From the IMG/VR virus record IMGVR_UViG_3300047557_003310, positions 68,825 through 132,824 of that record: 64,000 nucleotides of DNA; one strand, written 5' to 3'. This document shows, in pieces, positions 28,423 to 37,776 of the stretch. Both the position numbers and the translations under genes were made by a program. Positions within the stretch are counted from its first letter, which is position 1. Each line of letters opens with the position of its first letter. The stretch is from a virus. The notes under the pieces were generated by a model. It worked only from the letters and a program-made list of their open reading frames with translations. It was not told where the DNA came from and made no database searches.

Positions 28423-29370
28423 ATGTACGTTGCATCTTGCCCTTTGAGGGTTTCTTTATTTGGTGGCTCTACTGATAATCCATATTTTATTGAAAAATAT
28501 GGATATGGGTCTGTTATTAGTTTTACTTGTGATTTGAAAACTTATGTTTCATTACATGTAGACAAATTTGGCTATAATGTCCAGGGTAATAAGTACATTG
28601 TAAACTATTCTAGAAGAGAAGAAACTGAATACGTTAAAGATATTCGGAACGACCTTGTTAGAACTGTACTTAATTACTTTGGTAGTTTTCCTATTACGGT
28701 TAGTATGACAAGTGATGCTTATTCACAAGGAAGTGGCTTAGCATCTTCTTCATCTTATATGATTGGATTGATCAAGTGTATATCATTGTTTAATGATTTA
28801 CACTTGACAGATATTGAAATTTGTAAACTTGCATACCAATTAGAACTTGAATTTAATCCTTATTGTGGTTATCAAGATCCATATGGGTGTGGTATTGGTG
28901 GATTTAAGAGAATTGAATTTGAAAAGGGTGGAATCGTTAAATATGATTTTCTTTCTGCCAACTTTTTTAAAAATTTTGATGTACATTTAGTTTTTACTGG
29001 TGTTACTAGAAATTCTAAAAATGTTCTTAAAGACGTAACAAATAATATTGATAAATCAGTTCCTCTTCTTAAAACAGTAGATGATGCTTATTCATCTTTA
29101 ATTGAAGATGAATATGATAAATTTTTGTATTATTTAAATAAGAGTTGGATTCAGAAAAAAGAAACATCATCTACAATTACTGAATCTCAAATTATAAAGG
29201 ATATTGACAACGAATTGATTGAGAATAAAACTGTTCTTGCTCATAAACTTTGTGGAGCTGGAAATGGTGGGTTTTTCTTGACTTTTTCTAATTCTGGGGG
29301 CTTGAAAATTCCGTTTCCATCTGTTAAAATAGATGTGGAATCTAATGGAGTTATCGGAAAAAAACTATGA
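28423..29370 (+). CDS. GHMP kinase, HddA-like heptose-7-phosphate kinase
   Basis: PLRVSLFGGSTD, GSGLASSSS, GYQD, KLCGAGNGGF. Confidence 0.85.
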   Translation: MYVASCPLRVSLFGGSTDNPYFIEKYGYGSVISFTCDLKTYVSLHVDKFGYNVQGNKYIVNYSRREETEYVKDIRNDLVRTVLNYFGSFPITVSMTSDAYSQGSGLASSSSYMIGLIKCISLFNDLHLTDIEICKLAYQLELEFNPYCGYQDPYGCGIGGFKRIEFEKGGIVKYDFLSANFFKNFDVHLVFTGVTRNSKNVLKDVTNNIDKSVPLLKTVDDAYSSLIEDEYDKFLYYLNKSWIQKKETSSTITESQIIKDIDNELIENKTVLAHKLCGAGNGGFFLTFSNSGGLKIPFPSVKIDVESNGVIGKKL

Positions 29371-29873
29371 ATAATCCTTTCGCAGAGTATGTTGAAGCAC
29401 TTCAAGGAGCACATTTAGAAGAGCAGTTTCAAAAATTTCAAGATGCATTTACTAACCATAAGAATATTATTATTCTTGGTAATGGAGGTAGCAATTCAGT
29501 TGCTTCTCATATTTCTCAAGATTACGTGAAATTTCATAATAAAAATTCATTAGTGTTTTCTGATCCATCTATGTTGACTTGTTTCATCAATGATTTTGGG
29601 ATGGAAAATGCATACTGTAAATTTCTTGAATATTATGCGAAAAATGATACTCTTATTGTTTTAATTAGTTCCGGTGGGGAATCTAGAAATATCCTGAATT
29701 GTATTCAATGGTGCGAAGATACCAATAAACCATATGGAATTTTAACGGGATTTAACTCAGATAATTCCGCAAGAAGCATTGCAATAAATGCTTTATTTGA
29801 TTATCATATTAATAGTAAAAGTTATGGTATTGTTGAATGTGTACATCAAATTTTTCTTCATGGAGTAGTATGA
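29367..29873 (+). CDS. SIS-domain phosphoheptose isomerase (GmhA-like)
   Basis: GNGGSNSVASH, ISSGGESRNI, YGIVECVH. Confidence 0.8.
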   Translation: MNNPFAEYVEALQGAHLEEQFQKFQDAFTNHKNIIILGNGGSNSVASHISQDYVKFHNKNSLVFSDPSMLTCFINDFGMENAYCKFLEYYAKNDTLIVLISSGGESRNILNCIQWCEDTNKPYGILTGFNSDNSARSIAINALFDYHINSKSYGIVECVHQIFLHGVV

Positions 29874-30604
29874 TCTATTGTTTTGATATTGATGGTACAA
29901 TTTGTAGTTCTGTTAATGATAGTAAATATGAATTGGCTTTACCTGATATTACTGTTATAAATGAAATTAATCGTCTTTATGGTGAAGGTAATATAATAAA
30001 AATAATGACCGCTCGTGGATGTGTAAGTAAGATTGATCACACTGATATTACAAAAAAACAATTATCAGAGTGGGGAGTAAAATATCATGAACTTTTGATG
30101 CATATAAAACCACATGCGCATTTATTTGTTGATGATAAGGGAATTCATATTGATGAGTGGAAAAAACAAATCCCCCAAGTAAAAGGTATTATTGCTGGTG
30201 CATTTGATATTATTCACCCTGGTTACATTCGTATGTTTAAAGAGTGTAAACTGAATTGCACTCACTTGACTGTTGCCTTACATGAAGATCCTTCTTTTGA
30301 ACGACCACATAAACTTTCTCCTGTGCAAACTGTAGAAGAGAGAAAAGAAATATTACTTTCTTTGAAGGATGTCGATGAAGTTATTGAATATAAGACTGAA
30401 GATCAATTCCATGATTATTTAAAAAGTGATAGTTATGGAGTAAGGTTCTTGGGAACCGATTATAAGAAAGAACAATATACTGGATCTAATATACCAATAG
30501 ATATTGTATGGATTAATCGAAATCACGATTACTCTACTACAAAATTAAAAAACAAAATTCACAATAGTATTTTAAAAAAGGAGGAAAATAATTATTATGA
30601 TTAG
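29870..30604 (+). CDS. HAD phosphatase fused to a cytidylyltransferase domain
   Basis: FDIDGT, TARG, VDDK; then GAFDIIHPGY, RFLGTDY, YSTT. Confidence 0.8.
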   Translation: MIYCFDIDGTICSSVNDSKYELALPDITVINEINRLYGEGNIIKIMTARGCVSKIDHTDITKKQLSEWGVKYHELLMHIKPHAHLFVDDKGIHIDEWKKQIPQVKGIIAGAFDIIHPGYIRMFKECKLNCTHLTVALHEDPSFERPHKLSPVQTVEERKEILLSLKDVDEVIEYKTEDQFHDYLKSDSYGVRFLGTDYKKEQYTGSNIPIDIVWINRNHDYSTTKLKNKIHNSILKKEENNYYD

Positions 30605-31490
30605 GTCTTTGGTTACTGGTGCAGCAGGATTTATTGGTTCAAATCTTGTTGATGAATTGATCAAACAGGGACATGAAGTTGTCACGATTGACAATGAAAG
30701 TGCAGAATCTAATGAAAAATTTTATTGGAATGATAAAGCAGAAAATTATAAGTATGATATTTGCGATTATGAAAAAACTAGACCTCTTTATGATGGGGTC
30801 GATTATGTTTTTCATCTTGCAGCTGAATCTAGAATTCAGCCAGCAATTTTAAATCCAATTGAAGCAGTTACCAAAAATTGTGTTGGTACTTGTACTGTTC
30901 TCCAATGTGCTAGAGAAGCAGGAGTAAAAAAGGTAGTTTATTCTTCTACATCTTCTGGTTATGGATTTAATGAACCACCTAATGACGAAAATCAACCTGA
31001 TGATTGTTTGAATCCTTATTCGGTGTCAAAAGTTGCTGGTGAAAAACTTTGCAAAATGTATACTGACCTATTTGGTCTTAAGACAATTATTTTTAGGTAC
31101 TTTAATGTTTATGGGGAAAGGTCTCCAGTTAAAGGTCAATATGCTCCAGTAATTGGAATTTTCTTGCAACAAAAAAGAGATAATCAACCACTTACAATTG
31201 TTGGTGATGGCGAACAACGAAGAGATTTTACTCACGTATCTGATATAGTTCAAGCAAATATTCTTGCAGCAACAAAAAATATTGACGATGAATTTTATGG
31301 TCAACTTTATAATGTAGGTAATGGAGTAAATTATTCAATTAATGAAATTGCAGAAGCAATTTCAAATAATACAATAAATATTCCACCAAGAATTGGAGAA
31401 GCAAGAACTACTCTTGCAAACAATGAAAAATTGAAAACTGTTTTTGGATGGGAACCAAAAGTTGATCTTTTTGATTGGATTGGCGCATGA
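30597..31490 (+). CDS. NAD-dependent sugar epimerase/dehydratase
   Basis: VTGAAGFIGS, YSVSK, RYFNVYG, RDFTHVSD. Confidence 0.9.
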   Translation: MIRSLVTGAAGFIGSNLVDELIKQGHEVVTIDNESAESNEKFYWNDKAENYKYDICDYEKTRPLYDGVDYVFHLAAESRIQPAILNPIEAVTKNCVGTCTVLQCAREAGVKKVVYSSTSSGYGFNEPPNDENQPDDCLNPYSVSKVAGEKLCKMYTDLFGLKTIIFRYFNVYGERSPVKGQYAPVIGIFLQQKRDNQPLTIVGDGEQRRDFTHVSDIVQANILAATKNIDDEFYGQLYNVGNGVNYSINEIAEAISNNTINIPPRIGEARTTLANNEKLKTVFGWEPKVDLFDWIGA

Positions 31491-32311
31491 TGGATAAAAA
31501 TAAAGCAGTGTATAAACTCCAAGGTCTTCCTCCAATCTACTATATTAATCTGGATAGAAGTACAGATAGAAAAAAATATATGGAAGACCAATTTAAATAT
31601 TGGGAAATTGAAAATTATACTCGTGTTTCTGGATATGATGGAACTGACGATGATCTGAGTGATATTCTTAAGGGAAAATATCCAGATCAAATGAGTTCTA
31701 AAGATGTAGGATGTTGTACATCACATTTAAAAGCAATTCAACATTGGTATGAAACTTCCGATTCGCCGTGTGCGTTAATTATGGAAGATGACTGTGATTT
31801 AGAAGTAATTAGACATTGGCCTTTTACGTGGATGGATTTTATTTCAAAAATTCCATTTGATTACGATGTAGTTCAACTTGCAATAATTAATCCATCTCAA
31901 ATTTCCATGCAACTACATAGAAGATTTGCAAATGATTATTCTACAGCATGTTATTTGATTACTCGTCATCATGCTAAAAAACTCGTTCAATATTATTGTA
32001 AAAATGGTAAGTATAAATTAGATTACAATGTTAGACCAAGATGTTGTTCTGAACATGTAATTTATCAATCTGGTAGTTGCTATGCTATTCCTCTTCTTCT
32101 TTATTCTAAAGAAGAATTTGGTTCAATGATTCATGATGAAGATCATATTAATACATTTCATGTTCCTAGTCGTGATGGGTTATGGAATTTTTGGAAAACA
32201 CAGGCAGCAAAAATTTCGAATTGGTCCGATATGTTTGAATTTGATCCATATTATGGAACACTTCCTCCTGGGGTTCAACTTACAAGTGAGGAAACCCCAC
32301 CATCTACTTGA
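31487..32311 (+). CDS. GT25 (LPS biosynthesis) glycosyltransferase
   Basis: YINLDRSTDR, GCCTSH, LIMEDD, TACYLIT. Confidence 0.8.
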   Translation: MMDKNKAVYKLQGLPPIYYINLDRSTDRKKYMEDQFKYWEIENYTRVSGYDGTDDDLSDILKGKYPDQMSSKDVGCCTSHLKAIQHWYETSDSPCALIMEDDCDLEVIRHWPFTWMDFISKIPFDYDVVQLAIINPSQISMQLHRRFANDYSTACYLITRHHAKKLVQYYCKNGKYKLDYNVRPRCCSEHVIYQSGSCYAIPLLLYSKEEFGSMIHDEDHINTFHVPSRDGLWNFWKTQAAKISNWSDMFEFDPYYGTLPPGVQLTSEETPPST

Positions 32312-32405
32312 CAAGAAATCAAAACCAAGCTATACTAAATATTCAGTTAAGAATTTTGTTGTAATTCTTAACTTTTGTCCTATAGTACAAACAAAAAATA
32401 AATCT

Positions 32406-33875
32406 ATGAAATTTTTCAAACAACTGATGCTTGCACCTGTTGCTCTTGGAATGGTTGCTCCTGCTGCGATGTCAGCAGACCTTAATATGAATGGAGTAAA
32501 CCAATATGCATCCGCAGAGCAGGTAACAAGCGTCACTCAATTCTCTGATGTCCAACCTACCGATTGGGCATATCAGGCACTCAACAACCTTGTAGAGCGT
32601 TATGGTTGCGTTGCTGGTTATCCTAATGGCACCTATGGTGGCGGTAAGGCAATGACTCGTTATGAAGCAGCAGCACTTCTCAATTCCTGCCTGGATCGTG
32701 TGACTGAAGTTACCGATGAACTGAAGCGTCTTCAAACCGAATTTGCCGCCGAACTCGCTGTTCTTCGTGGTCGTGTAGATAAACTGGAAGCACAAGTTAG
32801 TGAACTTGAGGCAACTCAATTCTCCACCACAACCAAACTGCGTGGTGAAGCAAACTTCGTGATCGGTAATGTTGATGACTACAAAACCAAAGATGGTGAT
32901 GTAACTCACGCTGCATTCAACTATGATCTTCGTTTGAACCTGGATACTTCGTTTACTGGTAAGGATTTGCTTCGCACTCGTTTGCGTTCTGCTAATTTCA
33001 GTAGCGATCCTTTTGGTTCCAGTTCTTCACTATTCAAACTTGATAAAGCAGACAACACTTCCAGTGAAGTTGGTAACAACGTAGTTATCGACCGTCTGTA
33101 CTATCAGTTCCCTGCGTTCAATAACAGCACTACTATTACTGCTGGTGCTCTGGTTCGTAATACTGAAATTGCTTGGGTTCCTTCTGCTTATAACTCTAAG
33201 ATCCTTGACTTCTTCCAAGTTGGTGGTACTCCTGGAGTCTATAACAAGGCAGTTGGTGCTGGTTTCGGTGTCCAGTACGGTAAGAAAGGTCTTGTTGCTG
33301 GTGTAAACTATGTTGCCCAAGCAGGTCAAGATAGTGAGCGTGGTGAGTTTGATGAGTCTGGTGCTCTGAATACTCTGGCACAAATTGGCTATCGTGGTGA
33401 TAACTACGGTATTGCATTTGGTTACCGTTATGGTACTGAAGGCACTCGTGTTCGTACCTATAATGGTCTGAATGGTGCTTCTGGTGCTCTTGCTCCTGGT
33501 CAAACTTCTAACGGTTATGCTCTGAACGCATACTGGCAACCTTCTCAGTCTGGTTGGGTTCCCTCCATCTCTGCTGGTTATGGTTGGAATACCGTAAGTG
33601 GCACCAAGAGTGATGCTACCAACAGTCAGTCTTGGATGGCAGGTCTTCAGTGGGAAGATGTGTTTGTTGATGGTAATACTGCTGGTGTTGCTATTGGTCA
33701 AGCACCTACTGGAGAAGACCTTGAGAAGTCAACGATGCTTGAGTTCTTCTACAAGTATCAAGTGTCTGATAACATCAGCATTACTCCTGCAATCTTCTAC
33801 GCAAGCGACAATCAGCGTCTTGCTAAAGATTCCTCCAACTGGGGTGCTGTTATACAATCAACATTCAAATTCTAA
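32406..33875 (+). CDS. Cyanobacterial outer-membrane porin (Som type, SLH + OprB-like barrel)
   Basis: Signal peptide, FSDVQPTDWAYQAL..LVERYGCVAGYP SLH, TQFSTTTKL, terminal Phe; start set at ATG 32406. Confidence 0.92.
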   Translation: MKFFKQLMLAPVALGMVAPAAMSADLNMNGVNQYASAEQVTSVTQFSDVQPTDWAYQALNNLVERYGCVAGYPNGTYGGGKAMTRYEAAALLNSCLDRVTEVTDELKRLQTEFAAELAVLRGRVDKLEAQVSELEATQFSTTTKLRGEANFVIGNVDDYKTKDGDVTHAAFNYDLRLNLDTSFTGKDLLRTRLRSANFSSDPFGSSSSLFKLDKADNTSSEVGNNVVIDRLYYQFPAFNNSTTITAGALVRNTEIAWVPSAYNSKILDFFQVGGTPGVYNKAVGAGFGVQYGKKGLVAGVNYVAQAGQDSERGEFDESGALNTLAQIGYRGDNYGIAFGYRYGTEGTRVRTYNGLNGASGALAPGQTSNGYALNAYWQPSQSGWVPSISAGYGWNTVSGTKSDATNSQSWMAGLQWEDVFVDGNTAGVAIGQAPTGEDLEKSTMLEFFYKYQVSDNISITPAIFYASDNQRLAKDSSNWGAVIQSTFKF

Positions 33876-33921
33876 GGTATAAATATACTTACCTGGTTTG
33901 TGTGAGAACTCATCAGGTAAA

Positions 33922-33946
33922 GGGAGGTCTTTGGACCTCCTTTTTT
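33922..33946 (+). terminator. Intrinsic terminator
   Basis: GGAGGTC-TTTG-GACCTCC-TTTTTT. Confidence 0.85.
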
Positions 33947-33989
33947 ATGTTATAGTATAAATATTAATATCTCACACAAACCAAGGGTT

Positions 33990-34607
33990 ATGTCTAAAAG
34001 AAAGACTATTTATGGTGTCGGTATAAATGATGCCAACTATCCAGTAAAACCAAGAATATCTGGGACAAACCAAAGAATATCTTGTCCTTTTTATTTGAGG
34101 TGGAAAGAAATGATACGAAGATGTTATTCTGAAAAAGAACATTTAAGAAATCCAACTTATAAAGATTGTAAAGTTGTGGATGAATGGAAATATTTTTCTA
34201 ACTTCAAATCTTGGATGGAAGTGCAAGATTGGGAAGAAAAACATTTAGATAAAGATATACTTGTTCCTGGAAATAAAACATATGGACCAAATACTTGTAT
34301 CTTTGTTGAAGATAAGATAAATCTTTTACTTGTTAAGTGTGATTCCAAAAGAGGGAAATATCCTCTTGGTGTTTCTCCAGCAATAAGAGGTAATAAAACT
34401 TACTACCAGTCGCATATGGGTAGAAAGTATCTTGGATTTTTTGATAATATTTTTGAAGCACACCAGTGTTGGCAAGTAGAAAAATCTAATCATATTAAAG
34501 AAGTTGCATTACTTCAAACTGATGAGATATTAAAGAATGCACTTTTGGAAATATCCAATAAGTTGATGAAAGATTACAATACTAATACTGAAACTAAAAC
34601 ATATTGA
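33990..34607 (+). CDS. Putative HNH-family homing endonuclease
   Basis: YGVGIND, WKEMIRRCY, W..FSNF..W, LDKDIL..GNK.YGP.TC.FV...IN. Confidence 0.75.
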   Translation: MSKRKTIYGVGINDANYPVKPRISGTNQRISCPFYLRWKEMIRRCYSEKEHLRNPTYKDCKVVDEWKYFSNFKSWMEVQDWEEKHLDKDILVPGNKTYGPNTCIFVEDKINLLLVKCDSKRGKYPLGVSPAIRGNKTYYQSHMGRKYLGFFDNIFEAHQCWQVEKSNHIKEVALLQTDEILKNALLEISNKLMKDYNTNTETKTY

Positions 34608-34639
34608 GATTTATAAATAACTAAAAAGTATTTCATAAA

Positions 34640-35113
34640 ATGAACGCACAAGAACTTCGCAATCTTCAAGAAGCATATTTAGAAGTTGTTGAAAACCAGC
34701 AACTTAATGAAGCAGATAGAATAGACAAAGGATTGTCTCCTCTTGTAAAAAGACAAGTAAGAAATGATCGTATTAGAGATAAAGTTAGTTCAAGAGATCC
34801 TGATGCACATACTGAACCTGAATTGGAAAAATCACGAAGAGTGATGCATAAAGCAATGAGGGGACAAAAAAAACCAGAAGCAAAATCAAGACCTACGGGT
34901 CCTGGTAAATATGGTGCTATGCAAAGAAGAGGAATGTCTGTATCTGATAAGTTTAGAAAGGAAGTTTTGGAGAGAGGAATGAAAGAAGAAGTAGACATCT
35001 ATGACATTATCCTCTCACACCTACTTGATGAAGGTTATGCTGAAACACCAGAAGCAGCAGAAGCAATTATGGTGAATATGAGTGAAGAGTGGAAAGATAG
35101 TATTATTGGTTGA
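34640..35113 (+). CDS. Hypothetical protein: acidic terminal domains flanking a basic core
   Basis: LQEAYLEV N-terminus, LLDEGYAETPEAAEAIM C-terminus; TATAAATA upstream. Confidence 0.7.
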   Translation: MNAQELRNLQEAYLEVVENQQLNEADRIDKGLSPLVKRQVRNDRIRDKVSSRDPDAHTEPELEKSRRVMHKAMRGQKKPEAKSRPTGPGKYGAMQRRGMSVSDKFRKEVLERGMKEEVDIYDIILSHLLDEGYAETPEAAEAIMVNMSEEWKDSIIG

Positions 35114-35180
35114 TAAACTACTCATAAGTTGAGTTAGGTCACTCCAAAAGGGGTGACCTTTTTTATTAGGTAATGGAAAC

Positions 35181-35210
35181 CTTAACCTATTCTTAGTTGA
35201 CTTTAATTTA
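35181..35210 (+). promoter_or_regulatory. Putative cyanobacterial Pho box upstream of pstS
   Basis: CTTAACCT, CTTAGTTG, TTTAATTT at about 11-bp spacing, resembling PyTTAAPyPy(T/A) repeats. Confidence 0.55.
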
Positions 35211-35248
35211 CTGTTTTAGTAGAATTACTTTGTAGTTATTCACTTTTT

Positions 35249-36211
35249 ATGAAACTCAAAAATTTTATTGCTGTTGGTTTGGTTGCTGCTCCTGTTGCTG
35301 CTCTTGCTGGACCTGCTCTGAATGGTGCTGGTGCCACCTTCCCTGCACCAATTTATCAACGCTGGTTCCAAGATTATGCACGAACTTCTGGGAGTAGGGT
35401 TAATTATCAGTCCGTTGGTTCTGGTGCTGGTGTTCGTCAATTCATTGCGGGCACAGTTGACTTCGGAGCAAGTGACGAACCAATCAAACCAGCAGAAGCA
35501 GCAAAGGTGAAGCGTGGTGTCGTTCAAATCCCTATGGTGGGTGGAACGATTGCTGTTGCTTATAACAAACCTGGTTGCAAACTGAAACTAACGCAAAAGC
35601 AAACTGTCGATGTGTTCTCTGGACGAATTAAGGATTGGAAAGCACTTGGTTGTGCTGCTGGTCCTATTCGCACTGTATATCGTGCAGATGGTTCTGGAAC
35701 CACTTATGCATTTACTAATTCCCTAGATGCCTTTGGTGGTTGGACTGCTGGTGTAGGTAAGTCTGTAAAGTGGCCTACTGGTATTGGTGCTAAAGGTAAT
35801 GAGGGTGTGTCTGGTAGTATCCGACAAACTCCTGGATCTATTGGTTATGTGAATACTGGATTTGTGAAAGCAAACAAACTCCAAGCAGCAGCACTTCAAA
35901 ACAAGGCAGGTAAGTTTGTTCTTCCAACTGCTGCTTCTGGTTCTGCTGCACTGAATGGTATCAAACTGGATGCAAACCTTGCTGGTGAAAATCCAAATCC
36001 TGCTGGAGCAACTGCATATCCAATTTCCACTTTGACTTGGATTCTTGCTTATAAGACTGGCAATGGTGCCAAGACAAATGATATCCGTGCTGCTCTAAAT
36101 TATGCTCTGAGTTCTAAGGCACAATCAATTGCTGATGACCTTGGATATGTTCCTTTGAGTGGTTCTGTGCTTAACAAAGCACGTATCGCCGTAAACCGAA
36201 TCGGTCAATGA
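35249..36211 (+). CDS. pstS: Phosphate ABC transporter substrate-binding protein
   Basis: GAGATFPAP, YQSVGSGAG, DFGASD, RADGSGTT, YPISTLTW. Confidence 0.95.
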   Translation: MKLKNFIAVGLVAAPVAALAGPALNGAGATFPAPIYQRWFQDYARTSGSRVNYQSVGSGAGVRQFIAGTVDFGASDEPIKPAEAAKVKRGVVQIPMVGGTIAVAYNKPGCKLKLTQKQTVDVFSGRIKDWKALGCAAGPIRTVYRADGSGTTYAFTNSLDAFGGWTAGVGKSVKWPTGIGAKGNEGVSGSIRQTPGSIGYVNTGFVKANKLQAAALQNKAGKFVLPTAASGSAALNGIKLDANLAGENPNPAGATAYPISTLTWILAYKTGNGAKTNDIRAALNYALSSKAQSIADDLGYVPLSGSVLNKARIAVNRIGQ

Positions 36212-36323
36212 TATAAGTATTAATACTTATTAAAATCAGCATTTCCTGACAAGGGTGGGTTTCCCCCCTTGCTTTTTTATGATTCTTGCTATATAATCTG
36301 TAACAGTTCTTTACAAAACTATT

Positions 36324-36518
36324 ATGACTGTAACAACTAATGATCGTGGTCAACAAAATATGTGGGCCAAAGAACCTACCATGTACTACCATAATTACGG
36401 TATGCAAACCCCTAACGAATGGAAGGAGACCTATAATGGACGCTGGGCAATGGTCGGCATTATTGCTGGCGCTATTTCTTATGCTCTCACTGGTAACTTC
36501 TTCTTCGGGATCTTCTGA
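36324..36518 (+). CDS. hli: High-light-inducible protein
   Basis: ETYNGRWAMVG chlorophyll-binding motif plus hydrophobic helix. Confidence 0.85.
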   Translation: MTVTTNDRGQQNMWAKEPTMYYHNYGMQTPNEWKETYNGRWAMVGIIAGAISYALTGNFFFGIF

Positions 36519-36531
36519 CAATTGATTGACA

Positions 36532-36618
36532 ATGACTGAAATTATCTTTACAATCACTAGTGTTGCCTTTTTCGTTTTACTGGCACACTCTGTAAACCAA
36601 CTTTCCGAAACTTACTAA
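36532..36618 (+). CDS. 28-aa hydrophobic peptide
   Basis: [28 protein letters not shown]; stop overlaps petF start (TAATG). Confidence 0.5.
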   Translation: MTEIIFTITSVAFFVLLAHSVNQLSETY

Positions 36619-36911
36619 TGGCTACTTATAACATTACTCTTCAACATCCTGATGGCACTGAGAATGTAATTCAGTGCGAAGACGATCAATATATCCTAGA
36701 AGCAGCAGAAGCAGCAGACCTGGATATGCTATATTCTTGCCGTGCTGGTGCCTGTAGTTCTTGTGCAGGTAAACTGGTAAGTGGTGAGGTAGATAACGAA
36801 GAACAATCATTTCTTGATGATGAACAGATTGCTGATGGGTTTATTCTGACCTGTGTGGCATATCCTAAGAGTGATTGCGTCATCCTCACTGAACAGGAAG
36901 AAAACCTGTGA
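36618..36911 (+). CDS. petF: Plant-type [2Fe-2S] ferredoxin
   Basis: [10 protein letters not shown]...LTCVAYP. Confidence 0.95.
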   Translation: MATYNITLQHPDGTENVIQCEDDQYILEAAEAADLDMLYSCRAGACSSCAGKLVSGEVDNEEQSFLDDEQIADGFILTCVAYPKSDCVILTEQEENL

Positions 36912-37183
36912 GTGCTGGGATGCTCGGGCAGTTTGCTATTGCCCTTGAGAAACTTGGGTGGGATGCCAACGATGAAATTTCTGTAGAAATCGGTGGTGTA
37001 GCAGTTACAGGAACTGCAACTCATCCAGATGCAAATCCAAAATGGGCAAAACCCTTTGGAACTGTGACTTATCAAAACGATGCTTTCATCGTTATTAAAA
37101 ATAAATCAAGGAATCCTGTGGTTCCTTCTCAACCTAATCCTGAACTCAAACAAAAACACATTTATCAAGGAGAACAAAAATGA
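36908..37183 (+). CDS. Hypothetical protein
   Basis: 91-aa ORF coupled by 4-nt overlaps on both sides. Confidence 0.65.
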   Translation: MSAGMLGQFAIALEKLGWDANDEISVEIGGVAVTGTATHPDANPKWAKPFGTVTYQNDAFIVIKNKSRNPVVPSQPNPELKQKHIYQGEQK

Positions 37184-37299
37184 AATTCGGATTTACCCCT
37201 GAGGCAGAGATCCTCAATGCTCGTCTAGCTATGCTAGGTTTTGTCATTGCTGTCGGAACTTATGCTACAACTGGTCAAGTAATTCCGGGAATCTGGTAA
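37180..37299 (+). CDS. hli: High-light-inducible protein (39 aa)
   Basis: [21 protein letters not shown]...TGQVIPGIW; SD AAGGAG; absent from ORF track. Confidence 0.9.
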   Translation: MKFGFTPEAEILNARLAMLGFVIAVGTYATTGQVIPGIW

Positions 37300-37357
37300 T
37301 ATACCAGGTCTATAAACCTGTTGTTTTATAAATAGTATAAGATAATAACAACAGGTT

Positions 37358-37744
37358 ATGACAAAAGGCAGAAAAAAAGGACTGTGTATAAAAACTTACA
37401 TTGCTCGTCCTGATGGAACAGTTTGGTCGCAAACCAAATATAAATGTACTAAACTAAATCCATCAAAACATTATAAAAAAGAATATTTACAGTTTGATAT
37501 GTTTATTGATGGAAAGAGAGTTAATAAACAGGTACATAGATTTATAGCAGAACAATTGCTACCAAATCCAGATCCAGAAAACTTAACTGTTGTTGATCAT
37601 ATCAATAGAAATAGAACTGATAATAGATTAGAAAATTTAAGATGGTCAACGAGACAAGATAATTGGTATAACTTTGAACTTTCTATTGAAAAATCTATTG
37701 AAACATTAGAAAGAGCGGGTTATACTATAATACCCCCTCAATAA
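37358..37744 (+). CDS. HNH endonuclease (HNH_3 type)
   Basis: VHRFIA, VDHINRNRTDNRLENLRW..N; hairpin with TATAAATA upstream. Confidence 0.85.
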   Translation: MTKGRKKGLCIKTYIARPDGTVWSQTKYKCTKLNPSKHYKKEYLQFDMFIDGKRVNKQVHRFIAEQLLPNPDPENLTVVDHINRNRTDNRLENLRWSTRQDNWYNFELSIEKSIETLERAGYTIIPPQ

Positions 37745-37776
37745 TATTAAGGAGAACAATTAAAATGGAGGTAAAA

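Noticed and set aside
32133-32405. N-terminal extension of the porin ORF in the track
   Set aside because: Overlaps the GT25 gene and a promoter-like gap; the signal peptide starts at 32406
36299-36315. NtcA site upstream of hli
   Set aside because: GTA-TAC spacing is 9, not 8; fits an HLR1-like direct repeat better
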